Counted from the stretch's first letter, positions 7,269 to 15,296 are shown. The stretch is 16,431 nt of DNA from Candidatus Fraserbacteria bacterium (GCA_037443265.1 JBBIOR010000014.1:29410-45840); one strand, 5' to 3'. Notes: a model not told the origin generated them from the sequence alone. Made by a program: numbers and translations.

Positions 7269-8545
7269 AAAGACAAGAGGCAGAGCCTAAGGCAGGCTGG
7301 CTGGACGAGCGCCTGGACCTCGCGCGTTTCAAAACCAAATATCTGCGCAAGGTCTTCCCCGTACATTCGTCGTTCTTTTTGGGTGAGATCGCACTGTTCA
7401 GCTTCGTCATCCTGGTGTTCACAGGGGTCCTGCTGGCCTTCACGTATGAGCCCTCGACGGAGCTAGTCGATTTGGATGGCCAAAGAGTTCCGGCAGCCTA
7501 TGCCAGCGTCGTCCTGAACGACCGCACCCCATTGGGTCTGCTTGTAAGGCAAATCCACCACTGGTCGGCACACATCATGATCGCCGCCGTCATTCTGCAT
7601 CTGCTAAGAATCTTCTTCACTGGGCTCTACAAGAAGCCGCGGGAGCTCAACTGGCTGGTGGGTCTTGTGCTCCTCTTCTTGACGGTCTTTGCTGCCTTCT
7701 CCGGCTATCTGCTCCCCTTCGACGAGTTCTCTGTTACGGCCACCGGGATTGGCTACAACATCGTCCGCTCCGTCCCGTGGATTGGGCCCTCCTTGGCAGA
7801 TTTTCTGTTTGCCGGGAAATTCCCCTCGGCGGCGACGATTCCGCGCTTCTATGCGTATCATGTGGTGCTTGCTCCCTGGCTCTTGCTAGGGCTGATTGGG
7901 CTACATCTCTTGATCGTGTTCAAGCAGAAGCACAGTCAGCCACCTTATGCACGGACACTGGTGGGAAGCCACAAGATCTTGGGAGTCCCGCTTTGGCCTC
8001 AGCAAGCACTCATGATGGCCGTGCTCTTTTTGATTCTATCTGGGAGTTTGTTCTTGATCGCCGGATTCTTCCCGGTGCACCCGGTTGCATATTACGGCCC
8101 ACCGGGGCCGGCCACGCCTATTGTAAAACCCGATTGGTACCTGCTCTGGCCGTATGGAGTCCTCAAGCTCATCCCCGGCTGGATCAATTTTCAGTTTCTG
8201 GGCACGACGATCAACTCTGAGAACGTGGGCGGAGTGCTCATTCCGCTGCTGATCGCCTTGCTCATGGTACTTCTGCCCTTCTTGGATCGGGCGCGTGAGC
8301 CGGTGCACTTTCTGGAGCTGCCCAGTGCTCATCCCGTGCGGACGGCCGTGGGTGTGGGCGCTCTGGCGTTTTTTGCTGTGCTGATGATCGCCGGCTACAA
8401 CGAGGAACTGGGGTTGTCGGTCGGGGCACTCCAGCTGGGAGCTGGGCTCCTGCCGTTGATTTTAGGTGGTCTTACGTATCTTAGTCTACGCGGGGGAGGT
8501 GACAGGCATGGCAGGCTTTCGCTTGTGGGAAGGCATCGGGATTGA
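7244..8545 (+). CDS. qcrB: Cytochrome b (unsplit b6+subunit IV type) of the Rieske/cytochrome b complex
   Basis: GTG start after GAGGAG. HSSFFLGEIALF; heme-ligand helices RQIHHWSAH...ILHLLRIFF and RFYAYH-x14-H; YKKPRELNW; GYLLP; Qo motif KPDWY. No heme-ci Cys. Confidence 0.95.
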   Translation: MARAAPQLKRQEAEPKAGWLDERLDLARFKTKYLRKVFPVHSSFFLGEIALFSFVILVFTGVLLAFTYEPSTELVDLDGQRVPAAYASVVLNDRTPLGLLVRQIHHWSAHIMIAAVILHLLRIFFTGLYKKPRELNWLVGLVLLFLTVFAAFSGYLLPFDEFSVTATGIGYNIVRSVPWIGPSLADFLFAGKFPSAATIPRFYAYHVVLAPWLLLGLIGLHLLIVFKQKHSQPPYARTLVGSHKILGVPLWPQQALMMAVLFLILSGSLFLIAGFFPVHPVAYYGPPGPATPIVKPDWYLLWPYGVLKLIPGWINFQFLGTTINSENVGGVLIPLLIALLMVLLPFLDRAREPVHFLELPSAHPVRTAVGVGALAFFAVLMIAGYNEELGLSVGALQLGAGLLPLILGGLTYLSLRGGGDRHGRLSLVGRHRD

Positions 8546-8825
8546 CGATCTACTTGACCATCTCTATCACGCGGTGATAGATCAACTGAGGGCGGAGCAG
8601 GCTGGCGAACCTGCGGAGACGCTCAAGCTCAAGGTGCGAAAGGCGTTGAAGAGGGTACTCAATACGGACATGTATGCCTCGCCCGTGTGCGGGATCGCCT
8701 CGATCTGCCGACCCTCGGAGGAGGGCCGGGTGAAGCCCTGGTCACGCCGGTCATACGAATGGGGGCTGGTCGCGCAACCCGATCCGGAGCTAGATGCTCC
8801 AGAGTGGAGCAGCACCAAGAGCTGA
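8508..8825 (+). CDS. Hypothetical soluble protein (105 aa) with a C-x5-C motif
   Basis: Strong RBS GGAGGT at 8495-8500 before ATG 8508. Overlaps the cytochrome b 3' end by 38 nt and fills the gap to the next promoter. Contains PVCGIASICRP. Confidence 0.65.
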   Translation: MAGFRLWEGIGIDDLLDHLYHAVIDQLRAEQAGEPAETLKLKVRKALKRVLNTDMYASPVCGIASICRPSEEGRVKPWSRRSYEWGLVAQPDPELDAPEWSSTKS

Positions 8826-8866
8826 TCCAGATCATTGACAAATCGGAGTAACATGGAGTAAACTCC
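8822..8866 (+). promoter_or_regulatory. Sigma70 promoter (TTGACA-N18-TAAACT) with FNR-like box CTGAT-CCAG-ATCAT abutting the -35
   Basis: TTGACA at 8835-8840 and TAAACT at 8859-8864. FNR-like palindrome at 8822-8835 (8/10 match to TTGAT-N4-ATCAA). GGAGTAA direct repeat (8845, 8855) and palindrome GGAGT-AA-ACTCC (8855-8866). Confidence 0.6.
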
Positions 8867-8880
8867 CAAGCCAGGAGTGG

Positions 8881-9207
8881 ATGACTGTGATGAGCCTGCG
8901 AGTCGCAGTGTCTGTGATCTTGGTACTGCTCCTGGTCGCTGTACCTCAGGCCAGAGGCTCAATTCCTTGCATGTCTTTTGAGTCGTCCGCGCCCAGCGAT
9001 TCGCAGGCTCACTACCCACCTATTCCTTCCAATGGCTGCAGTTCCAGCGACCATGCCGCGCCAAGCTTCGCTACCAGCTGCTGTGGGATGGCCCTGCTGC
9101 CGGATGGGTTCTTCCTGCTGGCAGAGAAGTCGTTGGGACACTGGGGCTCTATCGCCTCTTTGGCTCCTTTCAGCCCGGTTCCCACGCATTGGCGTCCCCC
9201 GGCCTAG
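8881..9207 (+). CDS. Secreted Cys-containing leader protein with C-terminal RPP motif (DUF2946/CutF/CruR-like)
   Basis: RBS AGGAG. Signal peptide (SLRVAVSVILVLLLVAVPQARG), low-complexity body with 4 Cys (PCM, GCS, SCCGM) and terminal HWRPPA-stop. First gene of a copper operon. Confidence 0.7.
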   Translation: MTVMSLRVAVSVILVLLLVAVPQARGSIPCMSFESSAPSDSQAHYPPIPSNGCSSSDHAAPSFATSCCGMALLPDGFFLLAEKSLGHWGSIASLAPFSPVPTHWRPPA

Positions 9208-9208
9208 T

Positions 9209-9276
9209 CCCCCTCTAGTTCATCACCCATTCGCTTGCCGAGTTTACATTTCAGGCGATTTCAATCAAGGAGGAGG
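9209..9276 (+). promoter_or_regulatory. Putative SD-sequestering mRNA structure between the leader ORF and the Met-rich gene
   Basis: CCCCCTCT (9209-9216) can pair 7/8 with GGAGGAGG (9269-9276), enclosing an inner stem TCGCTTG (9231-9237)/CAGGCGA (9252-9258). Confidence 0.5.
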
Positions 9277-9281
9277 TTGCA

Positions 9282-10055
9282 ATGAAGCTCAATATGAAAT
9301 TGCTGGGCATCCTGATCGCGATGCTCTTAGTCGGTGGAGCCTATTGGCTTGGATCTTACCTGACGACGGCACAGATGATGCCAGCCCCAGCGCAACAGAC
9401 GACAGACCCGATGTCGCGCATGGCGACAGCTCTAGAGCGCATGGCTCAAGCCATAGAGCGGATCGGCGGCATGGGCTCCGGCAGGATGGGCCTGATGGGT
9501 GGGATGTCGGGCATGATGGGCAGCATGGCCCATGGACAGCCAATGGGCTCCATGATGCAGGACATGAAGACAATGATGGAAGAGATGATGCAGTCCTGCC
9601 AGCAAATGATGGGCCAGAACGGAATGGCAAGCCCAATGAGGGAGCCTCAACCCACAGCTCTGACGGAGGCGGATCTCACCCGCACGACGACCGGGGCGGC
9701 CATCACGGTCGCAGCCACCTTCCTGAATCCCTTGCTCAAGCCAGAAGAGGTCAATGGGAAGCTCGTCTTCAAGCTCGCCCTGGATACGCACAGCGCAGAC
9801 CTCATGTCCTATGACTTGACGAAGATGGCCGTTCTTCGCAACAGCGAAGGGCTGGCCGTCGAGCAGGGCTTTACGTGGGAGCCGCAAGAGGAGTCAAGCC
9901 ATCACCGAGCCGGGCTGCTCAGAGTCGATGCCTCCGTCGGGGGTAAGCCACTCATCACTCAAGACACGAAGTACATCGAGCTGGAGCTGAAGGGTCTTGG
10001 CATTCCCTCTCGGCTCTTTAAGTGGGAAGAGGCCTTCTTGGGCCAGGCAAAGTGA
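9282..10055 (+). CDS. Membrane-anchored/exported Met-rich putative copper-binding protein
   Basis: RBS AAGGAGGAGG. N-terminal TM, about 24 Met in a segment of roughly 90 residues, and a C-terminal beta-type domain with LDTHS and SSHHRAG motifs. Confidence 0.8.
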   Translation: MKLNMKLLGILIAMLLVGGAYWLGSYLTTAQMMPAPAQQTTDPMSRMATALERMAQAIERIGGMGSGRMGLMGGMSGMMGSMAHGQPMGSMMQDMKTMMEEMMQSCQQMMGQNGMASPMREPQPTALTEADLTRTTTGAAITVAATFLNPLLKPEEVNGKLVFKLALDTHSADLMSYDLTKMAVLRNSEGLAVEQGFTWEPQEESSHHRAGLLRVDASVGGKPLITQDTKYIELELKGLGIPSRLFKWEEAFLGQAK

Positions 10056-10069
10056 GCCAGGAGGCGAGC

Positions 10070-10573
10070 ATGAACCTCAAGACTTGGGGCGTGATCCTCG
10101 CGGTCGTGCTCGCTTTGGGCGCGTATCTCTTGTACGCGACGCGTTCGGGAACGGAGCATGCCGGGCCGGCTCCGGCGGCCTCCGACGGGAAGATCTCGAT
10201 CATGCCCGCCGTTCGCAATCTGGGCGACGTCAGCATTCGCAAGGGCACGATTAGCACCCTCTTTACCGTCGAAAATATGGGCAGCGCGGATCTTGTCATT
10301 CAGGATATGGAGACTTCCTGTATGTGCACGGAGGCGGCGCTGGTCCTGGGCAATCAAGAGGGGCCGAGATTCGGAATGCGTGGCCACGGGGCGCGCCCGT
10401 TGGGCTGGTCGGCCACGCTCAAGCCCGGCCAGCAGGCTGCGCTGAAAGTCTATTACGACCCTACAGCGCATGGAGAGATCCTCGGACCGATCACCCGCCT
10501 CGTGCGCATCTACTCCAGCGATCCCAATCAGCCCTACGTGGACGTGAGGATCGAACTCAATCAAGTGCCCTAA
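10070..10573 (+). CDS. DUF1573-like Ig-fold protein with CxC motif
   Basis: RBS AGGAGG before ATG 10070. N-terminal TM, then FTVENMGSADLVI..METSCMCT..LKPGQQAALKVYYDP..GPITRLVRIYSSDP, a typical DUF1573 pattern. Confidence 0.8.
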   Translation: MNLKTWGVILAVVLALGAYLLYATRSGTEHAGPAPAASDGKISIMPAVRNLGDVSIRKGTISTLFTVENMGSADLVIQDMETSCMCTEAALVLGNQEGPRFGMRGHGARPLGWSATLKPGQQAALKVYYDPTAHGEILGPITRLVRIYSSDPNQPYVDVRIELNQVP

Positions 10574-10588
10574 AGAGGCAGAGGAGAG

Positions 10589-12985
10589 ATGGCCCAACAG
10601 ATCAATTTAGAAGCGCACGAGGCTCCTAGGCAAGAGATCACGCTTAAGATCAGGGGCATGAGCTGTGCCTCGTGTGTGGCGCATGTGGAGCAGGCCCTCC
10701 GCGAGCTGCCGGGGATCTCCAACGTCCTCGTGAGCCTAGCCACGAATACGGCCCGGGTCGAATACGTCCCGGGCACAGTCACAGTCGCCCAGATGGAGCA
10801 GGCCGTGCGCGCCGTTGGCTACGAAGCGACGGAGAAAATCACCTCTCTCGAGATCGATCGGGAGCGCGAGGCGCGAGAGCAGGAGATCCGCCGTCAGGGT
10901 CTCTATTTGCTGTTCGCGGCCCCCTTGAGCTTGGTCATCATGCTGGGTACCTTCCGCGACTATTGGATCTTGCCCGCTTTTGTGCCGGAGTGGCTGGGCA
11001 ATAAGCTCCTCTTGGGCCTTCTTACCACCCCCATTGTGCTCGGCCCTGGCCGGCAATTTTTCATAAACAGCTTCCGGGGCCTGCGACACGGCGTCACGGA
11101 CATGAATCTGCTGTATGCGACTGGAATCGGAGCGGCCTACACAATTGCCGTCATCAACACGCTCTGGCCCCAAGCCGGCTTCGGTGGCCAGGGGGCCACG
11201 TTCTACGAATCGGCCGCTCTATTGACCACGTTCATCGTGCTGGGCCGCTTCTTGGAAGCGCTCACCCGAGGGCGCACCAGCGAGGCGATTAGAAAACTCA
11301 TGAGCCTCCAACCAAAGGTGGCCCGTGTGATCCGCGATGGGCACGAGATGGAGATCCCCGCGGAGGAGGTCGAAGTCGGGGATCTCGTGCTGGTTCGCCC
11401 CGGCGAGCGAATCCCGGTCGATGGCCTCGTGCTCGAAGGCTACTCAGCCGTGGACGAGTCGATGATCACCGGCGAATCCATTCCCGTGGAGAAGCAGGCG
11501 GGCGATGAGGTGATCGGCGGCACGCTGAACAAGACCGGAGCTTTCAGATTCAAAGCGACCAAAGTGGGTAAAGAGACAGCGCTCGCGCAAATTATAAAGC
11601 TTGTGGAAGACGCCCAAGCGAGCAAGGCCCCGATTCAAAAATTGGCCGACTGGGTTGCGGGGCACTTCATTTTAGGGGTGCACGCACTGGCGTTGCTCGT
11701 CTTCGTCTTCTGGTTCTTTTTGGGATTCAGCGCCTTCTTCGATCCCAACACGAGCTTCCTGCTTAGTCCCCACAAGTTGAGCGAGATCGGGGTCTTCGGA
11801 TTTTCGCTGCTGCTGTCGATCACGGTGCTGGTGATCTCTTGTCCGTGTGCGGTAGGTTTGGCCACTCCCAGCGCGATGATGGCCGGAACCGGCAAGGCCG
11901 CCGAGCACGGCGTGCTCTTCAAAGGGGCAGAGGCGATCGAGGCGGCGAGCAAGCTTACCACGATCATCTTCGACAAGACCGGGACGCTCACCCAGGGCGA
12001 GCCGGCTGTAACGGATATTGCCCTCAACGGATCGATAAACGGATGGACGGATGAGGGGTTGCTGGCGCTGGCAGCCTCCGTCGAGAAGGGGAGCGAGCAT
12101 CCGCTGGGTGAGGCCATCGTGCGTGCGGCCCATAAGAGGGGCTTAACTCTTACGGAAGTCGAGAGCTTCAACGCGATCCCCGGCCACGGCGTGGAGGCGC
12201 ACTGTCAGAATCGTGAGATTCTCTTGGGCAATCGCAAGCTGATGCGCGAGCACCATATAGACCTCGCCCGCTTGCTCTCGAGGGCTGAGGCCCTAGAGCA
12301 AGAGGGGAAGACCGTCATGTTCGTGGCCGTCGACGGAAAAGCAGCAGGCCTCATCGCAGTCGCCGACACTCTCAAAGATTTCTCGACGGAGGCCGTTCAG
12401 CGCCTGCATCGACTGGGCCTGGAAGTCATCATGATCACGGGAGATAACCGACGAACAGCAGAAGCGATCGCGCGGCAGGTCGGCATCGATCGCGTCTTGG
12501 CCGAAGTCCTCCCTCAGGACAAGGCCGAGGAAGTTCGAAAACTTCAGGCGCAGGGCAAGCGGGTGGCCATGGTGGGCGATGGGATCAACGATGCGCCCGC
12601 ACTCGCTCAAGCCGACGTCGGCATGGCCATCGGGAGCGGCACAGACATCGCCAAAGAGACCGGCCACGTGATTTTGATCAAAGAAGACTTGCGAGACGTC
12701 GTCGTGGCCCTAGAGATCGCCCAGGCCACCATGCGCAAAGTCAAGCAGAATCTGCTCTGGGCCTTCGGCTACAACACCGTTATGATCCCGGTGGCGGCTG
12801 GAGTCTTCTACCCTCTAGCAAAGCTTGTGGTCAGCCCGGAGCTTGCGGCCTTCTTGATGGCGATTAGCTCCGTCTCCGTCACGCTCAACACGCTGCTTTT
12901 GAAGCGCTTTGTGCCTGCACTCCAACGCGAGGCACAACCGGCCATGCCCCGGTGGGAGAGGGCGACGACGGTCAGCCGGGAGTGA
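10589..12985 (+). CDS. copA: Cu(I)-translocating P1B-1 type ATPase
   Basis: N-terminal HMA GMSCASC, TGES, CPC in TM6, [23 protein letters not shown] in TM7 and MAISS in TM8. Confidence 0.97.
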   Translation: MAQQINLEAHEAPRQEITLKIRGMSCASCVAHVEQALRELPGISNVLVSLATNTARVEYVPGTVTVAQMEQAVRAVGYEATEKITSLEIDREREAREQEIRRQGLYLLFAAPLSLVIMLGTFRDYWILPAFVPEWLGNKLLLGLLTTPIVLGPGRQFFINSFRGLRHGVTDMNLLYATGIGAAYTIAVINTLWPQAGFGGQGATFYESAALLTTFIVLGRFLEALTRGRTSEAIRKLMSLQPKVARVIRDGHEMEIPAEEVEVGDLVLVRPGERIPVDGLVLEGYSAVDESMITGESIPVEKQAGDEVIGGTLNKTGAFRFKATKVGKETALAQIIKLVEDAQASKAPIQKLADWVAGHFILGVHALALLVFVFWFFLGFSAFFDPNTSFLLSPHKLSEIGVFGFSLLLSITVLVISCPCAVGLATPSAMMAGTGKAAEHGVLFKGAEAIEAASKLTTIIFDKTGTLTQGEPAVTDIALNGSINGWTDEGLLALAASVEKGSEHPLGEAIVRAAHKRGLTLTEVESFNAIPGHGVEAHCQNREILLGNRKLMREHHIDLARLLSRAEALEQEGKTVMFVAVDGKAAGLIAVADTLKDFSTEAVQRLHRLGLEVIMITGDNRRTAEAIARQVGIDRVLAEVLPQDKAEEVRKLQAQGKRVAMVGDGINDAPALAQADVGMAIGSGTDIAKETGHVILIKEDLRDVVVALEIAQATMRKVKQNLLWAFGYNTVMIPVAAGVFYPLAKLVVSPELAAFLMAISSVSVTLNTLLLKRFVPALQREAQPAMPRWERATTVSRE

Positions 12986-12990
12986 TGTGA

Positions 12991-13206
12991 ATGGAAGGCG
13001 CACAGCGAAACGTAGGGCAGATAAGCACGATGGCCTGTGTGGGAATCTCGGGTGCTCTGGCCCTGGGCTTCTTCGCCTTGGCTACGCTCTTTGAGTATCC
13101 AGCGGTCGCCCGCATGGGCGGGGCCGTCTGGGTCTTTCTGCTCAGTATGATCGTGAGCCTGCCCTTGGTCACGTCGTATTTTAAGAAGCGCTTTCGGGGT
13201 GAGTGA
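12991..13206 (+). CDS. Small two-TM membrane protein
   Basis: Starts 5 nt after the copA stop, GGGAG upstream. Two hydrophobic segments, basic C-terminus, one Cys. Confidence 0.65.
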   Translation: MEGAQRNVGQISTMACVGISGALALGFFALATLFEYPAVARMGGAVWVFLLSMIVSLPLVTSYFKKRFRGE

Positions 13207-13411
13207 GATGCCGCCCTGGACGACGATGGGCCTGACGTTACTCGTCTGGCTCTGCACCCTGCCACTGGTGGCGCTTTTGGTCCTGCCTTTCTTCGGCTGG
13301 CGGGTGGCGGGGCTAGTAGCCCTAGGGTTGTTGTTGATCCTACTGCCCATCTGCTGGGCTCTCTGCGCGGTCAAGATCAAGAACTGTGACGAGGCCTCTA
13401 GGGGGAAATGA
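13199..13411 (+). CDS. Small two-TM membrane protein with intramembrane Cys residues
   Basis: Overlaps both neighbours (ATGA junction with the next gene). Contains LVWLCTLPL and LPICWALC. Start is GTG 13199 or ATG 13208. Confidence 0.65.
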   Translation: MSEMPPWTTMGLTLLVWLCTLPLVALLVLPFFGWRVAGLVALGLLLILLPICWALCAVKIKNCDEASRGK

Positions 13412-14682
13412 GCATGCTCTCACGCCGTGAGTTCTTGAAGCGTCTGACCGGAGTGGGCAGCGCACTCTTGGCCTTAGCCCCTCTAGGGGTGCTCGCGGCT
13501 AAGAGCGTGATTCGCATCGGCTTGCAAGCCGATCTCAGTGGGGCACTGGCCGATTACGGCTACTGGCATCAAAAGGTCGCCAAAGCTGCCGTGCGCCAGC
13601 TCAACGATGAGGGTGGCATCGCAGAAAGAGCAGTAGAACTGTTCATCGAAGATACGGCCTCTTTAGCTGCGCAAGGGGCGGAGAAGCTGCGCAAGCTCCT
13701 CTTTCAAGATCAGGCTGATTTCGTCATCGGTTCGCAGCACTCCGGCGTCTCGCTGGCGTCGCTGCCTCTGGCAGCTGGCGTCCAGACCGTCTACTTCCCC
13801 TTAGGTGAAGCTACGGAAATCACTGCTCAGCAAGGCAACCGCTACAGTTTTAAGCTCAATCATACAGTACGTTCGGATGTTTATGCGGCTTATCGGTGGG
13901 CCGTAGAAAACCTAGGCCGGCGTTGGACGCTGCTCGTCGCAGACTATGCCTTCGGCCGCTCCCACGCCGAGGAATGGCCGCCACGGTTGCAGGAGATGGG
14001 CGGTCAAGTCCTAGACATCATCCTCGTGCCGTTGGATACCGTGGACTTCGTGCCCTATCTGAGTCGTGTGGATCGCGCTCGGACGGAGGTACTCTTCCAC
14101 GTGTTCCCTGGGGGGGGTGCCCTGCGGCTGCTCGTTCAGGCAGCCGAGCTGGGACTCCTCGAGAGCGCGCAAGTCTTCGGGCCCATCTGCACTGTCGACG
14201 GCATCGACATCGAGGCCGTCCCTCAACTGGCAGGCAGCTGGTATATTTCCAAGTACCCCCGGCGCGCCAGCGAGGTCCCTCAGGAGCTGCGGGAATTCGA
14301 TCGCGCCTTCCGGCAAGCCGTCGGAGTTAGATCCGATGGGCGCGAGCTGGGAACAGGCCGCGCGACTACGGGCTCCCATCTCTGGTACACCTGGGAGATC
14401 CTGCACCTCTTAAAGCGGGCCGTCGAAGCGACGGGCTGGAAGACCAAAGCGGACAATCCTGATCTCGTTCGGTTTCTCGAGGGGGCGCAGCTTATGGCCG
14501 GCTTTGGGTTCCCCCAGGGCGACAAGTTCATTCGCACCCAGGATCATCAGGGCTTCCATGCCCACTACATCGAGCGGTTGGAGAAAGCCGAAGGGGAGCT
14601 TCAGCTGCAGGTGAAGGCCTTCATCCCAGCAGAGCAGACGGTCTATCCTGCAACGATCGATTATACGCAACAAGGGTTCTGA
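13408..14682 (+). CDS. Tat-exported type-1 periplasmic binding protein (LivJ/LivK-like branched-chain amino-acid-binding fold), orphan
   Basis: SRREFLK Tat signal; IRIGLQADLSGALADYG; LNDEGGIAERAVELFIEDT; ADFVIG; ADYAFGRS; DFVPYL. Confidence 0.88.
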   Translation: MSMLSRREFLKRLTGVGSALLALAPLGVLAAKSVIRIGLQADLSGALADYGYWHQKVAKAAVRQLNDEGGIAERAVELFIEDTASLAAQGAEKLRKLLFQDQADFVIGSQHSGVSLASLPLAAGVQTVYFPLGEATEITAQQGNRYSFKLNHTVRSDVYAAYRWAVENLGRRWTLLVADYAFGRSHAEEWPPRLQEMGGQVLDIILVPLDTVDFVPYLSRVDRARTEVLFHVFPGGGALRLLVQAAELGLLESAQVFGPICTVDGIDIEAVPQLAGSWYISKYPRRASEVPQELREFDRAFRQAVGVRSDGRELGTGRATTGSHLWYTWEILHLLKRAVEATGWKTKADNPDLVRFLEGAQLMAGFGFPQGDKFIRTQDHQGFHAHYIERLEKAEGELQLQVKAFIPAEQTVYPATIDYTQQGF

Positions 14683-14705
14683 AGTATGGAAAGGACATAG
14701 AACTT

Positions 14706-14930
14706 ATGCAGCACCACTTAGGAGAGAACGATCCAATGGGGAGTTCAGTGTCTCAATCAGCCGCCTCGTCCCGTTGGCTATGGCTGGCGGGCTGCTTGGC
14801 TCCCTTGGCAACCGTTGCGGCTGTTTTAGTCTTCAACGTGCCGCTGAACACCGTGCTACTAGTGGGACTTCTGGCACTCTGCCCTTGGATGCATCTGTTT
14901 ATGATGCGGGGTGGAGGGCATCGGCATTAG
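14706..14930 (+). CDS. DUF2933-like small membrane protein
   Basis: Two TM segments with AGCLAP and C-terminal LLALCPWMHLFMMRGGGHRH, characteristic of DUF2933. Start is 14706 or 14736. Confidence 0.75.
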   Translation: MQHHLGENDPMGSSVSQSAASSRWLWLAGCLAPLATVAAVLVFNVPLNTVLLVGLLALCPWMHLFMMRGGGHRH

Positions 14931-14939
14931 GAGGTAACT

Positions 14940-15296
14940 GTGTGGTGTCATCTGTTACTCGGGATGCCGTTGTTGGCACTGGCAGCCTTCTTCTTCCTGC
15001 CACCTCGTTGGGCTTGGTCGACTACCGCTATTCTTGCGGTCATTTCAGCTTTCCTGGGCATGAAGATGTGGCAAGCGATGCGCCAGGCTGTCGTGAGCGG
15101 TCCAGAAGCGATGAAGGGGAAGCTAGCCTCAGTACAGCATTGGAATGGCCGAGCTGGCCAGATCAACTATCGCGGAGAATTGTGGAGCGCCCGAGGACCT
15201 GATGACTTGAGGCCGGGCGAGTGGGTGATCATTGCGGATTTGGAAGGGCTCAAAGCCATCGTGAAACGAGCAGATTCCACCGAAGAGAACCCATAG
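14940..15296 (+). CDS. Short NfeD-family protein (TM helices + C-terminal OB fold)
   Basis: RBS AGGAGGT. N-terminal CH motif, VVSGPEAMKG, GQINYRGELWSARG..LRPGEWVII..LEGLKAIV. Confidence 0.85.
   Translation: MWCHLLLGMPLLALAAFFFLPPRWAWSTTAILAVISAFLGMKMWQAMRQAVVSGPEAMKGKLASVQHWNGRAGQINYRGELWSARGPDDLRPGEWVIIADLEGLKAIVKRADSTEENP

Noticed and set aside
9376..9640. Repetitive ATG/GGC-rich DNA as a tandem repeat or CRISPR
   Set aside because: Explained by Met/Gly-rich coding; no fixed repeat-spacer periodicity.
8978..9814. 278-aa alternative plus-frame ORF
   Set aside because: Out-of-frame shadow of the leader ORF and the ATG-rich Met tract (giving Asp/His/Gly runs); no RBS.
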